From an uncultured Pseudomonadota bacterium (GTDB taxonomy: Bacteria; Oederibacteriota; Muellerivitia; Muellerivitales; Muellerivitaceae): DNA of 64,000 nucleotides. A model generated the notes under the pieces. It worked only from the letters and a program-made list of their open reading frames with translations. It made no database searches and had not been told where the DNA came from. Shown here in pieces: positions 40,576-52,367 of this stretch (within the stretch, counting starts at the first letter, position 1; every line of letters begins with the position of its first letter). The position numbers were made by a program, and so were the translations under genes. The DNA lies in assembly GCA_963843375.1 (NCBI GenBank), contig CAWJKT010000015.1:64001-128000 (forward strand), in the 5' to 3' direction.

Positions 40576-41385
40576 ATGCTGGCACCTTCCTCCATTGGTT
40601 TAATCGCGGGGGAAGGAGAGTTGCCTTTTTACTTTGCGCGTCGCGCAAAAGAAAAAAGGTTTGTCCTCAAGACAGTTGCGATACGAGGTGCGGCTTCCCC
40701 TGATATTGAAAAACTAAGCGACGAAATTGTATGGTTGTCCCTTGGACAGCTGGGATCACTTCTTTCATTTTTTAAAAAACAAGGCGTCAATCGTGTTGTT
40801 ATGCACGGTAAAGTTCAACACTCAAAGCTGTTCAAGAATCTGCGGTTGGATTGGAAGGCTCTTTCCGTCTGGACGCGGTTGAAGGATAGGTCCGGGGAAT
40901 CTCTTTTGAAGGCAGTGGCCGGTGAATTGGAAAAAAATAAAATACAACTTTTAGATAGTCGTTATTTGATGGAAGAAACCATTGCCCAGTCTGGTTGGCT
41001 GGGAACTGGGAAAATTGATTTGGATACACGAAAGACCATTTCCTATGGACTTCAAAAAGCCAGGACTTTAGCCAAATCAGGCATCGGTCAGACGCTCGTG
41101 GTCAAACGTAGTGCGGTAGTGGCGGTAGAAGGTATGGAAGGGACAGATGAAACCATTCGCAGAAGTGGAAAGTGGGCCGGGGCAGGCTGCATTATGGTGA
41201 AGGTCGCCAGTCCTAGGCAGGATTGGCGTTTTGATGTCCCAACCATTGGCTTGAAAACAATTCAAGTGCTAAGCGGGATCAAGGCAAAAGGGTTAGTGCT
41301 GGAAGCCGGGAAAGCTTTTCTTTTAAAAAAGGAAGAGGTTTTGGCCGTCGCAAAGAAAGCCGGATTATTTATTTTTTCGGTTTGA
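40576..41385 (+). CDS. lpxI: UDP-2,3-diacylglucosamine pyrophosphatase LpxI (DUF1009)
   Basis: GLIAGEGELP, GIGQTLVV, AVEGMEGTD and QDWRFDVPTIG. Located after lpxA. Confidence 0.9.
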   Translation: MLAPSSIGLIAGEGELPFYFARRAKEKRFVLKTVAIRGAASPDIEKLSDEIVWLSLGQLGSLLSFFKKQGVNRVVMHGKVQHSKLFKNLRLDWKALSVWTRLKDRSGESLLKAVAGELEKNKIQLLDSRYLMEETIAQSGWLGTGKIDLDTRKTISYGLQKARTLAKSGIGQTLVVKRSAVVAVEGMEGTDETIRRSGKWAGAGCIMVKVASPRQDWRFDVPTIGLKTIQVLSGIKAKGLVLEAGKAFLLKKEEVLAVAKKAGLFIFSV

Positions 41386-41428
41386 TTTCAAAAAATTCAT
41401 TGAAAGATCGAATTTCAATCCCAGTTAT

Positions 41429-42517
41429 TTATCGATTCTTCCAAGCGAGCATTATCGGGACAAGCAAAGCAAAGATAACGTTCACGACCCATACGGATAG
41501 AAAAGGTGAAATGACCCCCGCTTCGCCTAAGTGCTGCCCGATTTGCATTCCCCCCAAATAGACAAAACCTACGGCCATGCTAATTAAGAAACTGGTCACA
41601 ACCCCGCTGTATTTTCGCATGGTCCAACCCCATGGAACCCCCAAAATGGCCAAAATGACACATCCGAAGGGAGAAGCGAATTTATAATAGAGTTCCACTA
41701 ATTCCTTGTGGCAATCAGAACCATTTCGTTTTAATTGGTTGATGTATGCCACCAACTCCGTGATGTTGAGTTCGTTGGGTTCCTTTTGTTCTTTCAAAAA
41801 GTCACTGGGCTTTTCTGGAAGGGCAAGCGGCATTTTATCAAAAGGTTGGGCGGATATTTCGGCGTCGGAGTCGTCAAAGGTTCGTAAATATCCGTCGTAA
41901 AAAACCCACTGACTGTTCTCGTATTTGGCGGCTTTTGCATCTAGGCGGGATTCCAGGTGGCTATTGGGGCCGAATTCCAAAATAAGGATGTCTGATAAGG
42001 TGTTAGTGGTTCCGTCGAAAGCACCAATGTGATAGAGCTGGCCTCCGACGCCGATCATTGAAATGTCTTGCCGAAACTTATTGGTTTCGGTTTCGGGTTG
42101 ATGCAATATTTCCACGGATTTGATCCGTCGTTTCAAAGCCTCGGCCTTAGGGACCACCAGTTCATTGAATAAAATGCTTGAGACACAAATGATTATTCCT
42201 GATAAAAATAACGGAATGGCCACGTAATAAATATTGATTCCGCCTGCCCTCATGGCAATAAGCTCGTTTCCTTTGGAAAGCCCGCTTAAAGAAAAAAGTA
42301 CCCCAAACAAGCAAGCGATAGGGATGATCTGGATAATAAAACTCGGAATATGAAAAGAAAAATATTTAAGTGTCACCAAAAAATTAGGTTTGAATTCCAT
42401 GATGAGATGCATATCGTTAAAAATTTGAACTAGGAGAAAAAGCACGCTGAATCCCGCGGTGGCCAGAAAGAAAGGTTTTAGGAACTCGTTTAAAATATAT
42501 CGAGTAAGAATTTTCAT
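41429..42517 (-). CDS. lptG: LPS export ABC permease (LptF/LptG family)
   Basis: MKIL.RYI, NELIAMRAGG, 3+3 TM layout with a periplasmic beta domain. Second gene of the pair. Confidence 0.85.
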   Translation of the reverse strand: MKILTRYILNEFLKPFFLATAGFSVLFLLVQIFNDMHLIMEFKPNFLVTLKYFSFHIPSFIIQIIPIACLFGVLFSLSGLSKGNELIAMRAGGINIYYVAIPLFLSGIIICVSSILFNELVVPKAEALKRRIKSVEILHQPETETNKFRQDISMIGVGGQLYHIGAFDGTTNTLSDILILEFGPNSHLESRLDAKAAKYENSQWVFYDGYLRTFDDSDAEISAQPFDKMPLALPEKPSDFLKEQKEPNELNITELVAYINQLKRNGSDCHKELVELYYKFASPFGCVILAILGVPWGWTMRKYSGVVTSFLISMAVGFVYLGGMQIGQHLGEAGVISPFLSVWVVNVIFALLVPIMLAWKNR

Positions 42518-43678
42518 CTAGGCGACGGCCTTTCGATTAAATCTTTTTTTGCGGATTGAGGAAACCCGGCGTCTAAAGGCCGAGTGTTCGGAAATCACAA
42601 TGTAATAAATCACAATACCCGCGACAGCCAAAATAATATTGGCGCCCCAAAGACCTAGAAAAGGATCGATTTTTCCATCGTTACTCAAAGTCTGGCCAAA
42701 CATGAACATTAAGTAATAGGCGAAAATCATGGCCAAACCCAGGACAAATCCCATAAATCCCTTGGATCGAGTCCAAAGACCCAAAGGAGCACAAAACCAG
42801 GTTAGCACCAAACAGGCAAATGGGAGAGCAAGGCGTTTTTGGTATTCGGTTTTAAGGTAGTTCAGTCGTCCCGGATCGGTTTCGTGTGGAATCGCGCGTT
42901 CTATTTCATGCAAGTCCATTTCCTCGTAATCTTTCTTGACGTCGGTTAGTCCAGCCAATTGATTTTCCAATTTTAATCGGATGATATAATGTTCGAAGTA
43001 AAGTTGGTTGTAAGTATGATAGTGATTGTTGTCCCAACTCATGACGCCGTTATTCAAATGGAAAAAAACTTGGTAGGATTTTTGATCGGTATCGAGTGTT
43101 CCAGTCTTGGCAAGAGTGGTTTGTACTGAAGAGTTTGAAGACCAATGGTCAAAGACTTTCACGTCTGAAAAGAGGCCGTCCGGATCCCTTCGGTCGATAT
43201 AAAACTTGTGTCCCTCGAACTGGTCAATAAAAACTCTTTCTCGGATTGCGACATCCGCCTTTTTCTTGACAATGTTAAATTCAATTTTTTTGACCATAAA
43301 CTGTGCGGCCGGAAGGACTTTATCATTGAAGTAAAGCATCAGACAGGTCATAAGAAGGCCAAACAGAAGGATTGGGGAAATGAGATGAAATAGGTGGCCT
43401 CCACCACTTTTGAAAGCCGTGACTTCCATGTCAGAACTTAATCTTCCGAAAGCAAGAAGGGTTCCTACCATCATGGCCATAGGAATGGTCAGCGAGAGTA
43501 TCAAGGGCAGAAGGCTGACGTAGAGGAGTAAGGTCTCGGAAATAGAGACCTTTTTATTGAGGACCAAATCCAGGGACAAGAAAATTTTGTTGATCATAAA
43601 AAGAAAAGTCAAAATAGCGACGCATAAAAGAAAAGACGGCAACATTTCCATGAGAACGTAGCGATAAATAGTTTTCAT
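42518..43678 (-). CDS. lptF: LPS export ABC permease (LptF/LptG family)
   Basis: RYVLME, LTIPMA..GRLSSDMEVTAFKSGG and EYQKRLALPFAC. Confidence 0.85.
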   Translation of the reverse strand: MKTIYRYVLMEMLPSFLLCVAILTFLFMINKIFLSLDLVLNKKVSISETLLLYVSLLPLILSLTIPMAMMVGTLLAFGRLSSDMEVTAFKSGGGHLFHLISPILLFGLLMTCLMLYFNDKVLPAAQFMVKKIEFNIVKKKADVAIRERVFIDQFEGHKFYIDRRDPDGLFSDVKVFDHWSSNSSVQTTLAKTGTLDTDQKSYQVFFHLNNGVMSWDNNHYHTYNQLYFEHYIIRLKLENQLAGLTDVKKDYEEMDLHEIERAIPHETDPGRLNYLKTEYQKRLALPFACLVLTWFCAPLGLWTRSKGFMGFVLGLAMIFAYYLMFMFGQTLSNDGKIDPFLGLWGANIILAVAGIVIYYIVISEHSAFRRRVSSIRKKRFNRKAVA

Positions 43679-43848
43679 TCAAATCCTGAGCAATTCATGC
43701 CCTCTGGCGCCCGGAATAGGCCGAAGGTTTAATGTGCCTAGCCTTCAATTAAATTGATTTTCGGCATGTGATCGAAGACAAGGGGCAGACAAGGTGAATC
43801 GCCGTCAGTATAACATAGGGTTTTCGCCCTTTTAGGTCCCTTTTCCGT

Positions 43849-43874
43849 CCATTCGAGAGTTCTCCGAACCATTC
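43849..43874 (+). promoter_or_regulatory. Candidate LytTR-binding direct repeat (CCATTC x2, 20-bp period)
   Basis: CCATTC at 43849-43854 and 43869-43874, upstream of a LytS/LytTR pair. Resembles the AlgR-type CCGTTCG core. Confidence 0.4.
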
Positions 43875-43906
43875 ACAACCAAGATGAGATATTTTTACTT
43901 TAGGGC

Positions 43907-43999
43907 ATCAGCCCTCATCTTCCGGATTCACCCGGTGATGGAAGGGCTGATATTGGGCAACGTCCGGGCCGATTGAAAGATTGGCCCGGCGTTATTTTT
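43907..43999 (+). ncRNA. Candidate two-hairpin small RNA or leader ending in a terminator-like hairpin
   Basis: Hairpin 1: ATCAGCCCT/AGGGCTGAT with inner CATC/GATG and CCGG/CCGG. Hairpin 2: CCGGGCCGAT-TGAAAG-ATTGGCCCGG flanked by AACG/CGTT, followed by ATTTTT. Confidence 0.4.
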
Positions 44000-44037
44000 A
44001 AAAGCGTCTCATCCTCCAAAAACAATAAGGAAATGGA

Positions 44038-45324
44038 ATGGAAAAGGTCAAAAATAGCCCATGGAACTTTCCGAGAATTGATATCATTTCAAAAGATGTT
44101 TCTTTTCCGGGTAAGATATCCCGTTTTTCGACCCAAGATGCCGGAAACCTCATCAATCGGAAAGAATGGACCATGAACAAAGCATGGAAAAAAATATTTT
44201 TACTAGATTTTGAGAAATCTTTTTTTTCTTCTTGCGGAAAATTGCTTCTTATTTGGAATCCTCTTTGGACTTTGATTGTGACCATTGCTTTAGGAAACCA
44301 TTCCCTTACTTCAATCCTTTTTAGGTGGGGCTGGAATTTTTTGGAAGCCTCACTCGTTTGCTTCATGGGGCTCGCGGTGATACGGGTTTATCTTTTGGTT
44401 GAAAATATTTGGGCTATTAAATCCTCAAAAAATCAACCCCGCCACGGGACAGGCTGGTACATGTTTTTCCTGGCCTTCCTGGCGCCACCTGGATTGTTTA
44501 TAGCGGTTCGATTAATGGTTGCCGGAATAAATTATTTTTATGCCGGTGCGCCGATCGCTCCAAGCTTTCAATGGGAATATTACGGAACGGAAATATTTTG
44601 GGTTTGGGCGCTTTTGCTGGTTTGCTTTTTGTTTATGTCTTGGCAGGATTTGCGCGATTCGGTCCAAAGAAATCAACTTCGAGCGGAGGAACTGGAAAAA
44701 GAGAGGCTTCATGCCTTATTAACCAAGTTAAAAGACCAAATGAACCCGCATTTTCTTTTTAATACTTTGAACACGGTGGCATCCTTAATCCCGGCGGATC
44801 CTGCCAAAGCGGAGCAAGTGGTGATTAAGCTTTCCACTCTTTTTCAAGGCGTTTTAACTGCCACAAGAAGAACCCACCACCCACTGGAAAAGGAATTGGA
44901 GTTTTGTCGTGACTATCTTGATATAGAAAAAGTCCGTTTTGGATCGCGCTTGGAGTCCCATATTCATGTTGAAAAGGATTTGGATCCGGCGAGAGTTCTT
45001 ATCCCGGTTTTGTTGCTTCAACCATTAGTTGAGAATTCTGTCAAACACGGTCTTTCATCCCGGGCGACGGGAGGTCACCTTTGGATCAACGCGTGCTTGG
45101 CCAACGGTAATATGAAATTGAGTGTGGAGGATGATGGAGTCGGTTTTGGAAATTCCCCCTATTCGGGTTCAGGAACAGCTTTGGAAAATTGTAGAAAAAG
45201 GTTGGAGTTGGGTTTTGGAAAAGACGGGAAAATGGAGATTGTCCCTAGGGATAACGGGGGAACAAGAGTGACATTGATTTTACCGGTAATGAACGTTGAT
45301 CTTTCGGATGAGGTGGAAAAATGA
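44038..45324 (+). CDS. LytS/YehU-type membrane sensor histidine kinase (true start may be ATG 44173)
   Basis: Several TMs, LKDQMNPHFLFNTLN, YLDIEKVRFG.RL, LLQPLVENSVKHG, VEDDGVG and GSGTALEN. Confidence 0.92.
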   Translation: MEKVKNSPWNFPRIDIISKDVSFPGKISRFSTQDAGNLINRKEWTMNKAWKKIFLLDFEKSFFSSCGKLLLIWNPLWTLIVTIALGNHSLTSILFRWGWNFLEASLVCFMGLAVIRVYLLVENIWAIKSSKNQPRHGTGWYMFFLAFLAPPGLFIAVRLMVAGINYFYAGAPIAPSFQWEYYGTEIFWVWALLLVCFLFMSWQDLRDSVQRNQLRAEELEKERLHALLTKLKDQMNPHFLFNTLNTVASLIPADPAKAEQVVIKLSTLFQGVLTATRRTHHPLEKELEFCRDYLDIEKVRFGSRLESHIHVEKDLDPARVLIPVLLLQPLVENSVKHGLSSRATGGHLWINACLANGNMKLSVEDDGVGFGNSPYSGSGTALENCRKRLELGFGKDGKMEIVPRDNGGTRVTLILPVMNVDLSDEVEK

Positions 45325-46070
45325 TCAAGGTTATGATCGTGGACGATGAAACCCCGGCGCGTACGCGCCTCGCTAGAATGCTCTCCACTTTCAAAGATAT
45401 TGAAGTTGTTTCTGAGGCCTCCAACGGATTGGAGGCTTTGCAGATTGCCGAAAATCTAAAACCGGACTTGGCTTTTCTTGATATTGAAATGCCCGAACTT
45501 AATGGTTTGGAAGTGGCAGAAGCTTGGGGGGGAGGAGGCCCGATGGTGGTTTTTGTAACGGCTTATAGTGAGCATGCTTTGAAGGCCTTTGAACTTTCGG
45601 CGTTGGATTATTTGGTAAAACCCGTTTCCACGGAAAGGCTGACCGAAACAATTGAACGGATAAGAAAAAGAAAAAATCCAACCCCATTGGGGAACATTCA
45701 GAAGTTTCTTGAGAAATTGGAAGAGGGAAGAGTGAAACGGCGAATGGCGGTCAAATGTGGGGCTAAGTACCGTGTTTTCGACCCAGCCCAAGTTTCAGCC
45801 GTGATCGCACGGGATCATTACGCTGTTATTTTGCTGGAAGGGCAAGAACTTTTGGCGGATGACAGTCTAGATACTTTGGCTCAAAGGCTGGACTCCGGAC
45901 GTTTCTTGCGGATTCACCGCAGCGCCATTATCAATCTGGATTTTCTTAAAGAATTGGAACACGAAGGCGACCGAAAATATCTGGCGATTTTATCTGACGC
46001 AGTCAAAACACGTTTGCCTGTCAGCCGAGAACGATTGGACGAATTGAAAAAAGTATTGAACTTGGATTGA
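45321..46070 (+). CDS. LytTR-family response regulator
   Basis: VDDE..AR, FLDIEMPELNG, FVTAY, DYLVKP, FLRIHRSAIIN and LPVSR. Confidence 0.94.
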   Translation: MIKVMIVDDETPARTRLARMLSTFKDIEVVSEASNGLEALQIAENLKPDLAFLDIEMPELNGLEVAEAWGGGGPMVVFVTAYSEHALKAFELSALDYLVKPVSTERLTETIERIRKRKNPTPLGNIQKFLEKLEEGRVKRRMAVKCGAKYRVFDPAQVSAVIARDHYAVILLEGQELLADDSLDTLAQRLDSGRFLRIHRSAIINLDFLKELEHEGDRKYLAILSDAVKTRLPVSRERLDELKKVLNLD

Positions 46071-46179
46071 AGACGATGAAACACACTTTTTGTTACATGT
46101 GGGGAAATTGTTCTGGAGTGAGCCCGGTTTTTTATTATGGTTATAACGTTTTCTGGCCATTTTTTAAAAGGATTAATGA

Positions 46180-49100
46180 ATGTGGTTTTCCAACATATAC
46201 TTCTATGCAATAACCACAATTAAAAGCCTCCGGCTATTATTCGCTTTTTTTCTGCTGGTTTTGACGGCTAAGGGACTTGAGGCTCAAACAGCGGGTGTAA
46301 CAAATTCTTCGGGTTCCGTAACGGCAATTCAAAGCGCTTCGGCCCCTGCTACCGATTTGTCCGTTAGTCCACAGGAAGAAATCCAAATTTTGGACGCTAT
46401 CGAGGCCCAATCGAATACCATTTCGGCTGGTTCTACTGCCCAAGGAACCACGGTTTCCACAAATAACCAAGGCCAATCCATTGCGGGCCTTAACTCCAAT
46501 TCTTCTTCAGTTTCGGTTTCTTCTCCGACTCCTATTGCGATGAGTTATGCTCCGCCATCCGAACCCACGGGATTGAGTTTCTTGATTCTGAAAGAAGGCA
46601 TTTATCTCTCTTGGGCGGCAGCTTCGGCTAATTCAGCTGTCACGGCATATAATGTTTTCCGTTCCACAACCCCTGGGTTTGGATATAAAAAGGTTAATCT
46701 AACGCCATTGACTGCGCCTTATTTTCTGGATGGCGCCCAAAACAGCCTTTCACCCCCCCATAATGGGGAAGACTATTTTTACGTCATTACTTCCAACGAT
46801 TCCCAAGGCAATATCAGTCCTTATTCCGACGAAATAGCGGTAACGCCCGAAGGCATGGAGATACCTGAAACGGAGGAGGAAAAAGAGGCTCGGAAACCCA
46901 AATCGAAGCCAACGCCCGAGGCTGAAAAGGTTCTTAATATACCGGATAAAATTAATATACAACTTCCTGCCGACACCTCACTTGCCATTCAGGGATACAA
47001 AAAAGTAGACATCCTTATGGCTTTCCAGGATTTCGACCGCCCAGCAATCAATGGAGTTTTACCGGAAGTGAACACGACCACCGTCAATCAAGAATTAGTC
47101 GTGACTTTGCAGGGAAAAGTGGGGAAAAACGTCGACGTGAACGTTGATTACAGCGATGTCAACCGGGCAGGGGGCGTGGACCAGACTAAGCAGGATATTT
47201 CTATCAAGTACCACGGGGACACAGATAGCGCTATCCAGGAGGTGGACTTCGGAGATCTACAACTTGTATTGCCTAACACGGAATTTGCGGGTTTCAGCAA
47301 AGAGTTGTTCGGCCTCGAGGCCAAAGTCAAAGTCGACCAACTCAACCTGACCACCTTTTTCGCTCAAACAAAGGGTATCTCTGAAACGAAAGTCTTCCAG
47401 GGGAACGCTACCCAAAACGACATGTATATCCAGGATATAAGTTATGTTCCTTATAAATACTTCCTAATGACTCGAGATTACAAGGCCTATACCGATCCGA
47501 CGTCAGGACAAACGGTAAATGGGGCCGGGCCGCAAAATAGCACGGAACAGATTTGGGTGGACCCGGGAACCGGAGTGATTAATCCTCTTGGACCCAATTT
47601 CAATGGGCTTTTCGAGCATTGGCTACCGGGCCGGGATTACACGGTTGATTATTCAACCGGTATTATTACCTTCATTCGAGGGTTATCCCAATCCTCCCGG
47701 ATCGCGGTATGTTTCCAAAGAAAATATGACGGGGCTTACATCGGGTTTGCCCCTGGTTCTACCACAACCATTGATCTCTCAAGCGCCAGTTTGTATGTGC
47801 CGGATGATGGAATTGTGGGAAGGATTCCCCCGCCACCAATTGATCCTGGAAAAACGGTTGAGGGACATTTAATTAAAGATAACAACAACAGTACAGGAGG
47901 AACCTCCGCTACAGCTGTCGCCCTGAGCCCCAACTATCTGGTGAATTACTTTAATTTGGGAACCAACAAAATCACTCCCCCTCAAGAGGATCCCAATTTC
48001 ATGTTCCAAGTCATTTCTCAGGGCACCAATAACGTCTTACAAACGGGACAAGGGGTCACGGCAGTGGGGGCCACTAATCCCTGGGTATACACCGTGAATT
48101 TGGATTTTAACTATCTGACGGTCACTAATTCGAACTTTTACATAGCCCCTGGAACCATTCCCCCGGTGCCGAATGCTGCCACCTCCTTCCTTTGGCCTGA
48201 ACGGCCTTTCGCCAATTTGGATACGACCGGCGGTTCCAGTTCAAGCAACACCCCCACGGACGTTTATGACCAGACCACAAGTCCAACCAGCCTCTATTCG
48301 ATTCACATCCGATATAAAACCCAATTAAATTTCTACCAGATGGGTCGCTTCAATATCATTCGTGGAAGCGAGTCGGTTTATCTCGACGGTCGCAAACTGC
48401 AAAGAGACGTGGATTACACTTTCGATTACACCTCGGGATTTCTGGATTTTGTCAACAAGAGCATCCTGACGCCCGCCAGTCAGGTTGTCGTTACCTATGA
48501 ATACGCTCCCTTTGGTACTTTCAGCGCCGATAACATCCTAGGAGCCCGGGCCGAATATGACGTTAACGACCATTTTTTTATTGGGTCCACTTTTCTGGAA
48601 AGTGACGCTCAACAACCTATTGATGTCCCGCAAATCGGTTCCACACCTGATTCCCTAACTCTCTTCGATGCGGATGCGAAATTAGATCTTTTGTCGGAGG
48701 ATGTTCAATCTATTACCGGCATTATTCCGGGTTTGGAAAGCTGGAAGCCGCCTCTGACCATCAAACTATCCGGAGAAATCGCCCAAAGTTTTTACAATCC
48801 CGATACTTTCAGCGCGGAAGGAGAAAACGGCGTGGCGATGGTGGATAACATGGAAGGCATCGACAGCGTTTCGGGACCATCCATGAATCAAACAAGCTGG
48901 TTGGTCTCATCTGCGCCACAGCCTGTTTTCACGTTCCTCCCGGGTTTGGTACCGGTTGCAGCTTCGGGTCCAAGCAATAACCGAACCCGGTTTTATAACG
49001 CGGGCGACGTCTAATCCCACCATGACCATTTTCCAGACGATTGGGACCACAAATGCGGTTGGCGGCACATATCAAAATTTCCCGAGTGTTCCTGCCTACG

Positions 49101-52100
49101 GGGGAGAAACCTACGCCAATACCCAGCAGGCGAACGACGCGGTCGCTGTTCTCCAATTTCCCTATACGAATTTAACCAACCAGAAGTGGGCCGGTCTGAG
49201 GTCGGTCATTTCCGCCAATGGAACCGATTATTCGAACGTCACCTTTTTGCAATCTTGGATTTATAACGACGGCAATCCGAAATGGGTCATGGTGGATTTT
49301 GGGGTGATTAATGAGGATTCAAATGGTAATGGGGTGTTGGATTTTGATCCGGGAATGACGGCGGTTCCGCAAGTTGCGGCTAATCCGAATTATGGAATTC
49401 CCACATTTTATTTTCAGGGTAACCCTTGGACCGGAAGCGATACAACGCCATTCGCTTCTCTTTTTGGGGGTGAGACCACTTCACAAGAGGGAGTCAGCGT
49501 TGGAAACGGCACCAGTTATGTGACGGAAAACATGGATGGCACTGGAATATTAAACACCAGCGATGCTTACTATGAATATGGTTTCCAAGTCAATTGGACA
49601 GGTTGGAAACAAGTAAAGGTACCTGTGAGTTACACCTCGGCAGACAATATGACCACCACTCCGGACGGGACCACTTATTTTTTCCATACGCAGGGCTCTG
49701 CCAATCCGACCATTATCCGATCGGTGAGGGTTTGGACCACGGGGGAAAGTTCAACCCCGATCAGCGGCGATTTTTACATGCAAAATATCAGTTTCAGCCA
49801 CAACCTTTGGGTGTTGTCCGTGGACCCGACGGTAAATGCAAATGAGGGCATCACCGTTAATACCTCGAAGTTCGACGTGAATTCCATCAGCCAGAACCAG
49901 AATTCGAATTACGTACCCACTTTGCGTTTCATTACCGTTCAGGCGGGTCAGGACCAATCGGCCCTTCTATACCAGGAAAAATCTTTGGAGCTCACTTATA
50001 ACCTATCCAATGCGGATATTTATAACGGCCTTCCCGCTTATTACGCCACCCGGAGTTTCAATCCGGGGCTGGATTTCACCAATTACGATGATATCCGGAT
50101 GGATCTTTACATGCTTTCTTACCAGCCCGGGGAAGTCCTCTTCGTCAGGATCGGGAACGACCAAGCGGACTATTACCAATACAACATACAATTGGATGCT
50201 GCGGCCGTCAGTTGTTTGGACAATTGGGGGACCGTTGACCTGCCTATAAATGGTTCGGGAGGAAACCGGCTACAGGTGGGAACACCTTACATTAACCGCG
50301 CCACCCAAGTCAGCTTTGGTATTCTTTCACCAAACGCCCCCGCGGCGGGGCACACGGGGGATCTTTGGATCAACAACCTCAGGGTCGCTAATGCCAACGT
50401 GCGAAGCGGTGTTGCCAGGCGTGTTGATGCGGCTTTTGTTTTTGGAAAAAACTTTGCCACCATCAATACCCGTTATCGGGAAGTGGACTCGGGTTTCACC
50501 GAAATCGACCAAACCTCCACCCACTTCCAGCATTCCACCCAATGGGGCGCGGATTTTACATCAAGCGGCGTAACCCTATTTTCCCAACCTTTGGTCACCC
50601 AAGCCTCGCTCACCAGGCAGGACCTCTATACCGAGGCCGCCTTACTGGACAACCCTTACTATATTAATCTTCCGGATAGCCTTATTGACAATTTCACCGG
50701 AAGCATCAGTTACACCAAAGATCTCGGCCCCAGTTTAGGGAGATTGACCGCCGTGCGTCTTTCCGGAAGCACCAACTATGAGACGGATGTCTATGAGGAA
50801 GCCTATCTCAGCCAGCCAGGTGTGCAGGGCAATACACAAAAGGGAGAGGCAATCGAAACCTTGGCCTCCACCTATGACGCTCCGAAAAAATTATTTTTTA
50901 TCTCCTTGGGTGCGAACCAATTCACGGAAAGCTACAGTTTAACCCACGATACCCAGGAATTTGATAACACCTCCTTTGCTCCTTATGACCGGCTTACCCG
51001 GTCTCAAAATTATTCATGGACGAACACCACGGAATTGTTGAAAAATCTCGTCTTTACCCCCGGTTATACTTTGACCTTGGTGGACGCGACGGGAAATACC
51101 AATTCACCCGGCGTTCCCGGCAGTGTTCTCGGGCTATACCCCTTTCAATCAGCGGTACCAGCCCAAGTTGGGTTTGGTTTATCGGGGCATACCGGGAATG
51201 ATTCCCGCGGTGGATTTTACCGGTAGCAACCAGTACGATTATGTTTCCTATCCGGACGGAACCCGGTTCAACAACGCCAATAACCTGAATTATTCCCTCA
51301 ACCTGACGCCGGGCAGCTGGTTTTCCTTGTTCCAGAAAATGAACCTGACGATATTTGGCGGGATCACCGAAAGCGGTACAGCCGCTATTCCGGATATTGC
51401 CAGGATCAGCACCCCTGAATTTTCGGCATCGATGGTCTGACCAGCCCTGTATTGCCCCTCAATGGTTTTAACCCTTTTGACTTGCCTTAACCGGCAACCA
51501 GTCCATAGCCCATCAATTGAACGCCAGTTTCCGGCTTTTCGACGTCTGGGATTTCCGGCCTACGGGTTCCTGGACCGACCAGTTAAGTCTTTTGTCCCAG
51601 GGCACCTACCCCGTCAAACAGGATGGAGAAACACTTGGGGTTGACGACCATTTACAACAAAAAGATATTTACCCTTCCTTTCGTGAATTTCTCACTTAAC
51701 TCCGCCCAATTTCAATATACCCATACGGGCACCATCCAATACGACAGCTCGGTTGCACCCGTTTCGCTGACATCGCTAATATTTCCAACGATACCACGAG
51801 CGATACCTATGGGATCACCTTGCCTTATGACATCAATAAAAAAGCCCAGGGCACCATCAAATTCCAACGCACCGTCGGTTACTCAGGATGGATTGTCCAC
51901 CACCGATATTCCCACTTATCAATTGGATGACCAGGCTTCCATCGAATATGACCAGAAATTCGCGCCCAATGGAATCATCCATATTCCTTTCACTCATTTG
52001 AAGATCAAACTTCAGGACGCCATCGAATTACAAGCGATCTTCCTCATGGAGTTAATCAATAACCAATCGACCTACATTTACAACAAGTCCAATCCCAAAG

Positions 52101-52250
52101 GTACCGTGCTACAATTAATCTCAATTATAACGCCCTCAAGAATTTACGAGTCGGAATCGGCTTGGTGAATGAGTATTTCACAAATGACCTAAATTCCCAG
52201 TTGAGTTATACCTTGTGGCAGGTGACGTTTCCGCGGAAGCGCGGTTTTGA
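46180..52250 (+). CDS. sprA: SprA/Sov-like type IX secretion translocon homologue with an N-terminal FN3 domain (several apparent frameshifts)
   Basis: SprA-like blocks in order: LQGKVG..VNVDY..IKYHGD..IQEVDFGD..LFG; FNIIRGSESV..DVDYTFDY; WAGLRS..DFGVINED; FVRIGND..DYYQY; GDLWINNLR. The reconstructed end GDVSAEARF* has a beta-barrel terminal Phe. Split across ORFs 46180, 48956, 51123, 51517 and 51623. Confidence 0.8.
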
Positions 52251-52367
52251 GGATTGTGGCCGTTAAAATGATCGGAGCTATTTTGAGATCACCTTGAGAC
52301 TTCTCCATCTTGTGGCGTTAAAATTCATTATGAAGATGCGTTATTAAAGAGGCGAGGAGACACTGAT

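Noticed and set aside
43955..43999. c-di-GMP-I (GEMM) riboswitch suggested by GGCAA plus a GAAA-loop hairpin
   Set aside because: It lacks the following GACGCAAAGC and second stem; it fits a terminator-like hairpin better.
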